In this document: positions 1-7,811 of the stretch, one piece after another
Numbering within the stretch: position 1 is the first letter of the stretch
Layout: every line of letters begins with the position of its first letter
Assembly: GCA_965203515.1 (NCBI GenBank)
Contig: OZ241907.1
Location: 3,936,001-4,000,000 of the forward strand
Reading direction: 5' to 3'
DNA: 64,000 bases
Origin: Spirochaetia bacterium
GTDB taxonomy: Bacteria; Spirochaetota; Spirochaetia; SZUA-6; Bin103
The notes under the pieces: generated by a model
Database searches by the model: none
The model's input: only the letters and a program-made list of their open reading frames with translations
What the model was told of the DNA's origin: nothing
Program-made: the position numbers and the translations under genes

Positions 1-203
1 GCGGTGACCATCCCGCCCGCCGTCCGCATGACGCCGGCCAGGAACCCCAGACGGTCGCGGACGCCGTCGAGCTTGCTGTAGCTGTGCAGCAGACAGGTCG
101 CGCCGCCGCCGTCGTCGGTGCGGTAGACGGCGATGCTGATGTCATGGAAGTGCGGGTCCATCGACAACAGATCGACGCGGCGGCCCAGGTCGAGGGTTTG
201 CAT
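1..203 (-). CDS. Hypothetical protein, partial (runs off the window start)
   Basis: Minus-strand reading from ATG at 203 is open to the window edge (MQTLDLGRRVDLLSMDPHFHDISIAVYRTD...), has GC3-rich codons and is divergent from ptsP. Confidence 0.6.
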   Translation of the reverse strand, partial: MQTLDLGRRVDLLSMDPHFHDISIAVYRTDDGGGATCLLHSYSKLDGVRDRLGFLAGVMRTAGGMVT

Positions 204-263
204 GGCCGTCCATGATCCTAACGGCGGGGCCGACATCGGGTCAAATGCGCTAACATCCCGTCG

Positions 264-2570
264 ATGGATCATCTGCGGCTGATCTGCGACTTCGGCGAGA
301 TGAGCGGGCTGTTCATGGACTCGCTCAGTCTGCGGGCGTTCCTGGACAAGGCCGTGCAGATGGTCGCCCGCCGCATGCGGGCGGCGGTATGCAGCATCTA
401 CATCTACGACGAGGATGCCGAGCACCTGGTGCTGCGCGCCACCATCGGGCTGGAGCCGTCGTCGGTCGGCAGCGTGCGGCTGGCGATGGGCGAGGGGATC
501 GTCGGCGCCGCGCTCGAAGGCCGGCGGCCGATCCTGCAGCGGGTCGCCTCCGAACACCCCAGCTTCAAGCCGGTGCCGGGCATCTCGGAGGAGCGCTACG
601 AGGCGTTCCTGGCGGTGCCGATCACGCGCGGCATCGCCTCCATCGGCGTGCTGGCGGTGCAGCGCGACGTGGCGACGCCGTTCGACCAGGACGACGCGCT
701 GGCGCTGCGCGCGGTCGCTTCGCAGCTTGCCAACGCGCTGGAGAACGCGCGTCTGCTGATCGACGCCAAGGGCGCCGGCGAGCCGGCGCGGCGCGAGGGG
801 CGCCGGACGCGCCGGGGCGCTCGCGGGCGGGGCGCCCGCGCCGGGGAGCGGTTCTTCGGGCAGACCGCCGCCGAGGGACAGGCGGCCGGTCCGGCGGCGC
901 TGTTCGATCGCGAGGATGTCTACGAGACGTTCGCGCAGCGCACGTACGACGACCGCGACTACGGCCGGGCCGACTTCGAGTCGGCGGTGCTGGCCACCGA
1001 GCGCCAGCTCGAAGAGCTGCAGGCCAAGGTGGAGGACAAGCTCTCCGACGTCGCGTCGCTGATCTTCACCGCCCACCTGCTGATCCTCAAGGACCCGGAG
1101 TTCACCGGCCGGGTGCTGGCCGCCATCGATCGGGGTGACAGCGTGCCGAGCGCGGTCCTGCAGGTCGCCTCCTCCTACCTGCAGCGCTTCGCGGCCAGCG
1201 AAAGCCCCTACGTCAAGGACAAGGTGCAGGACGTCAAGGACGTGGTGGTGCGCCTGGTCGGCAACATCATCGGCGAGAGACCGGCCATCGACTCCCAGCC
1301 CGGCAGCGTCGTCGTCGCCCGCGAGCTCTACCCGTCGGACCTGCTGGAGCTCTCCGCGCGGGAGGCCGCCGGCGTGGTGCTGGTCACCGGCGGCGCCAGC
1401 TCGCACCTGTCGATCCTGGCCCGCTCGCTGGTGCTGCCGCTGATCATCGTGCGCGACGAACGGATGCTCACCGTCGCGGAGGGGACCACCCTGCTCCTCG
1501 AGGACGGCGGCGTCGTGCGGATCAACCCCGGCGAGGCAGCGTTGCGGAGCTTCCACGACCAGCGGGCGGCCATGGAGGACGTGGAGCGGCAGGTGCCGGG
1601 GCAGCCGGTCACCAGGACGCTCGACGGCACCGGCATCCGCATCCTGGCCAACGTGAACCTGCTCTCCGACGTCGATCTGGCCACCTACCGGGGCGCCGAC
1701 GGCATCGGCCTGTACCGCAGCGAGTTCCCGTTCATCGTGCGCAGCGACTTCCCGACCGAGGAGGAGCAACTCGCGGTCTACACGCAGCTCCTGGCGCGGT
1801 TCCGCGGGCGCGAGGTGACCCTGCGGACGCTCGACATGGGCGGCGACAAGGTCCTCTCCTACTTCACCGACCACACGCGCGAGGCCAATCCGTTCCTGGG
1901 CATGCGCTCGATCCGCTTCTCGCTGCGCAATCCGGACATCTTCCGCCAGCAGGTGCGGGCCATGCTGCGCGCCGGCGTCGGCCGCACGATCCGCATCATG
2001 TTCCCGATGGTGTCGGCGCTCGACGAGTTCCTGCACGGCCGCAGGATCACCCTGGACTGCGTGGAGGAGCTGCAGCGCGAAGGGGTGCCGTGCGAGGCGC
2101 CGGCCATCGGCATGATGGTGGAGGTCCCATCCGTGCTGCCGATCATCGACGCGTTCGCGGCCGAAGCCGACTTTCTGTCGATCGGCAGCAACGACCTGAT
2201 CCAGTACCTGATCGCCGTCGACCGCACCAACGACAAGGTGGCCGACCTGTACCGGCCGTATCATCCGGCGGTGCTGCGCTCGCTGCACCTGGTGGCCGCC
2301 AGCGCCGTCGAGCACGGCACCGACCTGTCGGTCTGCGGGGACATGGCGCACCAGGCCGAATACGTACCGTTCCTGATCGGCATCGGCGTGCGCACGCTGA
2401 GCGTGGAGCCGCTCTACCTGCCGCGCGTGCGGGCGCTGGTAGCCGGCATCGACCTGCAGGAGGCGGAGGCGGAGGCGGAGGAGATGCTGGCCTGCACCAC
2501 CCTCACCGACGTCGAGGAGGTGATGGGCGAACGGCTGTGGGCGCGCCGCGAGGAAGCCGAGCCGGCCTGA
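264..2570 (+). CDS. ptsP: GAF-domain phosphoenolpyruvate-protein phosphotransferase (PTS enzyme I, EI-Ntr type)
   Basis: N-terminal GAF-like region, active-site GGASSHLSILARS, and PEP-binding barrel motifs GIGLYRSEF, EANPFLGMRSIR, SIGSNDLIQY and CGDMA. Confidence 0.93.
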   Translation: MDHLRLICDFGEMSGLFMDSLSLRAFLDKAVQMVARRMRAAVCSIYIYDEDAEHLVLRATIGLEPSSVGSVRLAMGEGIVGAALEGRRPILQRVASEHPSFKPVPGISEERYEAFLAVPITRGIASIGVLAVQRDVATPFDQDDALALRAVASQLANALENARLLIDAKGAGEPARREGRRTRRGARGRGARAGERFFGQTAAEGQAAGPAALFDREDVYETFAQRTYDDRDYGRADFESAVLATERQLEELQAKVEDKLSDVASLIFTAHLLILKDPEFTGRVLAAIDRGDSVPSAVLQVASSYLQRFAASESPYVKDKVQDVKDVVVRLVGNIIGERPAIDSQPGSVVVARELYPSDLLELSAREAAGVVLVTGGASSHLSILARSLVLPLIIVRDERMLTVAEGTTLLLEDGGVVRINPGEAALRSFHDQRAAMEDVERQVPGQPVTRTLDGTGIRILANVNLLSDVDLATYRGADGIGLYRSEFPFIVRSDFPTEEEQLAVYTQLLARFRGREVTLRTLDMGGDKVLSYFTDHTREANPFLGMRSIRFSLRNPDIFRQQVRAMLRAGVGRTIRIMFPMVSALDEFLHGRRITLDCVEELQREGVPCEAPAIGMMVEVPSVLPIIDAFAAEADFLSIGSNDLIQYLIAVDRTNDKVADLYRPYHPAVLRSLHLVAASAVEHGTDLSVCGDMAHQAEYVPFLIGIGVRTLSVEPLYLPRVRALVAGIDLQEAEAEAEEMLACTTLTDVEEVMGERLWARREEAEPA

Positions 2571-2592
2571 CCCTTCGCTTGAGGAGATTGAC

Positions 2593-2937
2593 GTGTCGCA
2601 ATCGGATACGGATTCGCAGTACGTGGTAGTCAGCGTCCTCGCCGCCGGTAAAGGCGGCGAGGGCGCCGTGATCGGAAGATCCGAAACGCTGGACGGCGCC
2701 CACAAGCTGGGGGAAGCCGGGTCGCCGGACCGGTCCTACCCATGGTATCGAATCTACCGCCGCGGCAAGATGGTCGTGGAAGTACACGTGACGTTGGGGT
2801 CTGTCTGGGACCCCGCCAGCGGCACGTACGTGGAATACGAGGACCCGGATCCGGAACACCAGAAGGATCCGGGAGTCGAGAGCGGGGGATTGCCGCTCCC
2901 GCCGCGGTCGGAATGGCCGGAGCGACGCGACCGCTGA
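2593..2937 (+). CDS. Hypothetical protein (114 aa)
   Basis: GTG start with GAGGAG upstream (2581-2586) and a protein-like composition. No family recognised. Confidence 0.5.
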   Translation: MSQSDTDSQYVVVSVLAAGKGGEGAVIGRSETLDGAHKLGEAGSPDRSYPWYRIYRRGKMVVEVHVTLGSVWDPASGTYVEYEDPDPEHQKDPGVESGGLPLPPRSEWPERRDR

Positions 2938-2939
2938 CG

Positions 2940-3211
2940 ATCCTCGCGGGGCGGGCACAGCCGGATGACCGTCGAAGCGCTCGACCGGGCGATGCGGACG
3001 GGCGCGTCTTTTCGGCCGCGAAGCGGGCGACCGACACAACTTCGGCGGCGAAGACGCGGCGCCTCGGCCGGCAGGAGGCTGCGGCGTGCGCGAAGCGGGC
3101 GGCGGCGCCGCCGCGGATCCAAACTTCGGCAGCGAAGGCGGGCGGCGGGACCGGCCGCGCCATCCCGGCGGCGGTCAAGCGCGCGGTCTGGCGGCCGACC
3201 GGGGCCGCTGC
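2940..3211 (+). pseudogene. Internal remnant of a second HNH endonuclease paralogue
   Basis: Reads ...FSAAKRATDTTSAAKTRRLGRQEAAACAK...TSAAKAGGGTGRAIPAAVKRAVWR and breaks off before the HNH core. It matches 4471-4646. Confidence 0.75.
3033..3211 (+). repeat. ~180-bp direct repeat, copy 1 (copy 2 at 4471-4646)
   Basis: Aligned by eye: GACAC(A/C)ACTTCGGCGGCGAAGACGCGGCG...GACCGGGGCCGCTGC, with a few substitutions and indels. Confidence 0.92.
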
Positions 3212-3219
3212 TTGCAGAC

Positions 3220-3355
3220 GCCCATCTATGATCTGTTTCCCGATCGCATCGTTGGGATCGGAAATCGCCAAGTACCGGAAGGATGGCGCAACGGAACGGT
3301 TCACCGATATCTCATTGCTCAATCCGGAGTCCTGGTCTTCCAAATCTCCCAGCCT
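3220..3355 (+). pseudogene. Possible degenerate fragment of a type I restriction-modification specificity subunit (hsdS-like)
   Basis: Across two frames it reads YDLFPDRIV / GSEI / VPEGWR / FTDISLLNPESWSSK, resembling the HsdS conserved linker 'LFPDRLVxSELGEIPEGW'. Locally lower GC. Confidence 0.45.
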
Positions 3356-3406
3356 TCGAGACCAGCTTCTGCCGAGGATATTCGCCAGGAGATCGTTGCG
3401 GATAAC

Positions 3407-3435
3407 TTGACTCAAATACTTTTCATTACTATACT
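3407..3435 (+). promoter_or_regulatory. Sigma70-type promoter of the HNH gene (probably leaderless)
   Basis: TTGACT (3407-3412), 17 nt, TATACT (3430-3435). The ATG at 3442 follows after 6 nt with no SD. Confidence 0.8.
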
Positions 3436-4270
3436 TATACCATGAACGGCACTCGTTCCGACACCGCCGGCGCAGCCATCACGACCACCGTTTCCGCCCT
3501 CTCCGACGATCGCCTGATAGAGCGGACCAAGGAACTGTCCGGCATCGAACACCAGCTCGAAGTGGTCGTCATCGACCACCTGCGCGAGATTCAGAAGCGC
3601 CGTCTCTACCTGCGTCGCGGGTTCTCCAGCCTGTTCGATTACGCGGTCCGCGAGCTGCGCTACAGCGACGCCGCCGCTTGGCGCCGCATCAAGGCGATGC
3701 GCCTCTGCGCGGACATCGACGGCGTGCGCGAGCGCCTGCAGGACGGCTCGATGACGCTCAACGCCGCCGCGCAGCTACAGAACGCCTTCGACCGACAGGA
3801 GCGCACGCGCGAACGCGCGGCGCGCAGCGCGCCGGGCGGGGAAAGGTTCGGGGCCGCCGCGCAGTCGCAGGACGGCTCGGCGCTGGCGTCGGCGCCGGGA
3901 CCGGCGCAGCCGGCGGAACGGAAGCCGGCGCCGGTGCTGGACCGGTCGGCGCGGCGGGCGCTGGTGGAGCAGGCGGCCGGCAAGAGCAGCCGGCAGGTGA
4001 TGCGGTTGCTGGCCGAGGTCGACCCGGAGCTGGCGGTGCCGGCGGATCGAGTGCGCCCGCTGGGCGCCGGGCGCTGGGAGATCAAGGCGGTCATCGACGA
4101 TGAGTGCCGGCGCGGCTTGGAGCGGCTCAAGGGCCTCCTGTCCCACGTCGACCCGCACATGACGTTGGGGCAGATCGTGGGACGCTTGGTGCAGGAAGGG
4201 CTCGACCGCCACGACCCGGCCCGCCCGCCGCGCGGGTGGCGCACCGGCTCACGCGCCGCAGGCGAGCAGA

Positions 4271-4571
4271 CTTCGGCGGCGAAGACGCAAGCGGCCTCGA
4301 CTCGCGGCGCCGCTTCGGCGGAGAAGCACGAGGCCAGCTCGGACAGCGCCGCTCCTTCGACGGCGAAGGTATCGGCTCAGACAACGGCGCAGCCGGGAGA
4401 CGAAGCCGCGCCGCTGCAGGCGGACCGCGGCCCGGAACGCCCGGACACTTCGGCGGTGGAGCCGGCGGGCGACACCACTTCGGCGGCGAAGACGCGGCGT
4501 CTCGGCCGGCAGGAGGCTGCGCGTGCGCGAAGCCGGCGCCGCAGCCGCGGGACGAAACTTCGGCAGCGAAG
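4271..4571 (+). repeat. Array of 14-bp palindromic units CTTCG-N4-CGAAG (mostly TSAAK-like peptides) in the HNH linker
   Basis: Copies start at 4271, 4313, 4355, 4448, 4478 and 4558, some degenerate. Three more start at 3010, 3040 and 3124 in the remnant. Confidence 0.8.
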
Positions 4572-4646
4572 GCGGGCGGCGGGACCGGCCGCGCCATCCC
4601 GACGGCGGTCAAGCGCGCGGTCTGGCGGCGCGACCGGGGCCGCTGC
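4471..4646 (+). repeat. ~180-bp direct repeat, copy 2
   Basis: Matches 3033-3211. Confidence 0.92.
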
Positions 4647-4898
4647 AGCTACGTGGACCGCACCAGCGGGCGCCGTTGCGGCTCCCAACACCTGCTGCAG
4701 ATCGATCACGTCGTGCCATACGCCCGCGGCGGCGCCGCCGAGCCGAGCAATCTTCGGCTGCTGTGCGCCGCGCATCACCGCCACCGCCACGCAGGCGCCG
4801 GATTCGGCCGCCCCGGCGAGGATCGTCAGGCGCCGGTTCCGTTCAGCCCCGCTGCCGAAGGCGGAAACCGGTGATCAACCGAAGGAACGCGATGGGCT

Positions 4899-5759
4899 TC
4901 ATGCTCCGCCCTGCCGATGCAGATGGTCCTGCCTGATCACGCCGGCCTCCATCAGCCACGCTGCGACCACGGCCCAGGTGGCGGCGACCGCGGCGCCGGT
5001 CGCTATCTCGAAGATCGCTTCCCGAGCCTGGGGGTACAGGTCATCGAATCGCAGTCGAAGCGCTATCGTCGCGCAGATGAACATGAAGACGCCTACCCCG
5101 CACAACACGAGCTTGAAACGGTCCCGGTTCGTTCGGTACAGGCGCATCATCGACATGCCGAAGAACAGCGGGCACGTGGCGGAGAAACAGATGAACGTCA
5201 GCGTTGCCATGGCGACCGTCAGGCGGACCGTTGCCATGGCGATCGCGGTGACGATCAGCGCGATGATCAGGGCGACGACGGTTCTGCGTCTGAGATCGGG
5301 AGCCATTCGGAGTCGACCTCCTGAGCTCTCCATACCGCTATCGTCATTGTCCCGGCCTCCATCCTGCCGATGCGGACGGTCACGCCTGATTACGCCGGCC
5401 TCCAGCAGCCACGCTGCGACCACGGCCCAGGTGCTGGCGGCCACGACGCCGGCCGCTATCTCGAAGATCGATTCCCGAGCCTGGGGGTACAGGTCATCGA
5501 GCATCAGTCGAAACGCTATTATCGCGCAGAGGAACAGGACGACGCTCACTCCCCACAACACGAGCTTGCAACGGTCACGGTTCTTCCGGTACAGGCGCAT
5601 CATCGACATGCCGAAGAACAGCGGGCACATGGCGGAGAAGTAGAAGAACATCAGCGTTGCCATGGCGACCGTCAGGCGGACCGTCGCCATGGAGATCGCG
5701 GTGACGATCAGCGCGATGATCAGGGCGACGCCTGTTCTGCGTCTGAGCTCGGCAGTCAT
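4899..5759 (-). CDS. Multi-pass membrane protein made of two fused tandem copies
   Basis: Several hydrophobic helices per half and halves highly similar. ATG 5759 has an upstream AGGAGG (5770-5775), whereas the ORF track starts at 5840. Confidence 0.7.
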   Translation of the reverse strand: MTAELRRRTGVALIIALIVTAISMATVRLTVAMATLMFFYFSAMCPLFFGMSMMRLYRKNRDRCKLVLWGVSVVLFLCAIIAFRLMLDDLYPQARESIFEIAAGVVAASTWAVVAAWLLEAGVIRRDRPHRQDGGRDNDDSGMESSGGRLRMAPDLRRRTVVALIIALIVTAIAMATVRLTVAMATLTFICFSATCPLFFGMSMMRLYRTNRDRFKLVLCGVGVFMFICATIALRLRFDDLYPQAREAIFEIATGAAVAATWAVVAAWLMEAGVIRQDHLHRQGGA

Positions 5760-5806
5760 GCGAAGTCGACCTCCTGAGCTCTCCATACCGCTATCGCCAT
5801 AGTCCC
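4904..5806. repeat. 453-bp tandem duplication (2 copies)
   Basis: Constant 453-bp offset, e.g. CTGCCGATGC at 4911/5364 and CTGAGCTCTCCATACCGCTATCG at 5321/5774. Confidence 0.93.
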
Positions 5807-5810
5807 GTAC

Positions 5811-5850
5811 ATCAGCCATTTCCTGATTTCGGGCTTCCAAATTCCTGAGA
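5811..5850 (-). promoter_or_regulatory. 40-bp regulatory motif, copy A (candidate NarL/LuxR-type response-regulator site)
   Basis: The minus strand reads TCTCAGGAATTTGGAAGCCCGAAATCAGGAAATGGCTGAT. It is 38/40 identical to 9139-9178 and contains the palindrome ATCAG-N7-CTGAT. Confidence 0.7.
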
Positions 5851-5874
5851 CGGGCGCGCCGACGCTTCGGGAGC

Positions 5875-6540
5875 TCAATCTTCCAGCGGCACCACCCCCT
5901 CGCGGATGGCGATGCGGGTCAGCTCGGCGACGCTTTCGACCCGCAGCTTGTCCATCACGTGGTGGCGGTGGGTGTCGACCGTCTTGACGCTGACGCCGAA
6001 CGCGCCGGCGATCTCCTTGGTGGTCCGGCCCTCGGCCAGGAGCTGCAGCACCTCCCGTTCGCGGTCGGTCAACGCGGCCAGGGTCGACTCGGGCTCGTCG
6101 ACCTCCTGCAGCAGGTCGATGACCGTGCCGGCGATGCCGGCGCCCAGGTACTTGCGGCCGCGCATCACCGTGCCGATCGCGTCGGTCAGCTCGTCGAACG
6201 CGCACTCCTTGATCAGGTAGGCGGCGGCGCCCGCCTTGAGCATGCGCGCCACGAAGCGGCGGTCGTGGTGCTTGGAGAGCGCCACCGTGCGCGTGCGCGG
6301 CAGCTCGGCGGCGATGCGCGCCGCCACCTCGATGCCGCTCAGGCCGGGCAGGCCGATGTCCAGGATCACCACGTCGGGCCGCAGCCGGCGCGTCAGCGCC
6401 AGCGCCGCCGGGCCGTCGGCCGCCTCGCCCACCACGGTGATCCCCTCCTGCCGGGCCAGGAGCGCCCGCAGACCCTCGCGCATGATCCCGTGGTCGTCGG
6501 CCAGCAGGACGTTCGCCCGCACCGCCGCCGGCCGCCTCAT
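5875..6540 (-). CDS. NarL/LuxR-family DNA-binding response regulator
   Basis: REC domain (VLLADDH, VILDIGLPGLSG, YLIKE) plus LuxR HTH (LTDREREVLQLLAEGRTTKEIA...SVKTVDTHR). ATG 6540 overlaps the upstream stop. Confidence 0.95.
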   Translation of the reverse strand: MRRPAAVRANVLLADDHGIMREGLRALLARQEGITVVGEAADGPAALALTRRLRPDVVILDIGLPGLSGIEVAARIAAELPRTRTVALSKHHDRRFVARMLKAGAAAYLIKECAFDELTDAIGTVMRGRKYLGAGIAGTVIDLLQEVDEPESTLAALTDREREVLQLLAEGRTTKEIAGAFGVSVKTVDTHRHHVMDKLRVESVAELTRIAIREGVVPLED

Positions 6541-7811
6541 GCGTCGCGGATCCCTTCGGCGATCGGCGCCGCCAGGGCGGAGAAGACCGGCAGCGGCCCC
6601 AACAGTCCCCCCATCCCGATCGCCGCCGCCGCGCCGGCGGCCACGGCCGTCGGCGTGACCACCGGACCGGTCAGGTCGATCGTCGCGTCCCGGAAGACCG
6701 CCGTCACCAGTGCCACGAGCGGCGCCGACAGGAACAGGCTCAGGACGACTCCGACCGCCGACGCCGCAGCCGCCATGACGACCGACCATCTCAGGAACTC
6801 GGCGGCGATGGTCCGCTTCGACGCGCCGAAGGCGCGCGCCAGCGCGATCTGCCGGGACCGGCTCAGCACCTCCACCATCATGAGGCTGAGCAGCCCCACG
6901 CCGCCGGTGATGAGGATCAGGACGGCCAGCAGGTTCAGGATCAGCGACAGGGTCCGCACGGTGGAGCGGGGGTCCAGGTCATGCAGGTTTGCCGAACCGG
7001 ACGCCTGGGCCACGGCCACGGCCGCGTCATGGCCGTACTGTCGGGCGAGCGCGGCGCGCACCTGGCTCTCGATGGCAGCGAGGCTGGTCCCGGTCGCGCG
7101 CAACGCGATCGCATAATGCATCCGGCGACCGGAGTCCGGATCGAGCCCGACCACCAGATCGGCTATCTCGTACACGCGGCGCCGCAGCTCGTCCGGGTCC
7201 CGGAAGACGCCGCGCACGACGTAGGCCGGCATGGACGCCCTGCGGAAGTTCGCCGCGGCTTCCGGTGACACGTCGCCGCGCACCGTCATGCGCGGCGGCG
7301 CGGTCTGCAGGGTCTGTCCGAGCGCGGCGGCCGCCGATCCGTACAGCACCTCCGCCAGTCCGGCGCTGATCACCGCCTGGCGCGGCGTGTCGCCGCCGGC
7401 GCCGGCGATCATCTCCAGGCCCAGCACCCGCAGGTACGAAGCGGAGGCGGTCACCGCGGTGCGGACCTGATAGGTCGTGCCGCCCACCACGTACTCGTCC
7501 GAGGCCAGGTCTTGGAAAAGACTTGCCGCCGCGGCGCCGGTCACCTCGCTCATCAGCGCGTCGACCGCCTGCTGGTTCAACGGGTATGACGGCTGGCCCG
7601 GATCGGCGGCATCATAGACATGGACGACTAGGCCGTCGCGTTCCAGCCGCTCGACCATCAGGCGGTTCAGGGCGGTGCTGATCGACAGCGCGGAGATCAG
7701 CGCGGCGACGCCCAGCGCGATCGTGGCCAGCAGCAGGGCGGACTTGAGCGGCGAACTCCCCAGACCGGTCGGCGCTGCGCGCAGCGTCCGCATCGTTGCC
7801 GCCGGCATCAT
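6537..7811 (-). CDS. MacB/FtsX-family ABC transporter permease
   Basis: N-terminal TM, periplasmic domain, then C-terminal FtsX pattern (RSRQIALARAFGASKRTI, three TMs). Confidence 0.85.
   Translation of the reverse strand: MMPAATMRTLRAAPTGLGSSPLKSALLLATIALGVAALISALSISTALNRLMVERLERDGLVVHVYDAADPGQPSYPLNQQAVDALMSEVTGAAAASLFQDLASDEYVVGGTTYQVRTAVTASASYLRVLGLEMIAGAGGDTPRQAVISAGLAEVLYGSAAAALGQTLQTAPPRMTVRGDVSPEAAANFRRASMPAYVVRGVFRDPDELRRRVYEIADLVVGLDPDSGRRMHYAIALRATGTSLAAIESQVRAALARQYGHDAAVAVAQASGSANLHDLDPRSTVRTLSLILNLLAVLILITGGVGLLSLMMVEVLSRSRQIALARAFGASKRTIAAEFLRWSVVMAAAASAVGVVLSLFLSAPLVALVTAVFRDATIDLTGPVVTPTAVAAGAAAAIGMGGLLGPLPVFSALAAPIAEGIRDA

Larger units (their letters stand above)
3442..4874 (+). 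pseudogene. HNH endonuclease with helical N-terminal domain, split by a frameshift near 4521
   Basis: The N-terminus (LSDDRLIERTKEL...LYLRRGFSSLFDYAVRELRYSDAAAWRRI) is in one frame. The HNH core (RCSY...RCGSQHLLQIDHVVPYARGG...SNLRLLCAAHH) is in another frame ending at TGA 4872-4874. Confidence 0.85.

Noticed and set aside
4271..4571. The palindrome array as a canonical CRISPR array
   Set aside because: Units are only 14 bp, spacing is irregular after the third copy, the array lies inside a CDS, and no cas genes are present.
3033..4646. The direct-repeat pair as a diversity-generating retroelement TR/VR
   Set aside because: Differences include indels and non-adenine substitutions, and no reverse transcriptase is in the window.
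3442..5643. The 733-aa ORF as a single real protein
   Set aside because: After ~4521 it is frameshifted read-through that runs antisense to the membrane gene. The HNH core is in another frame.
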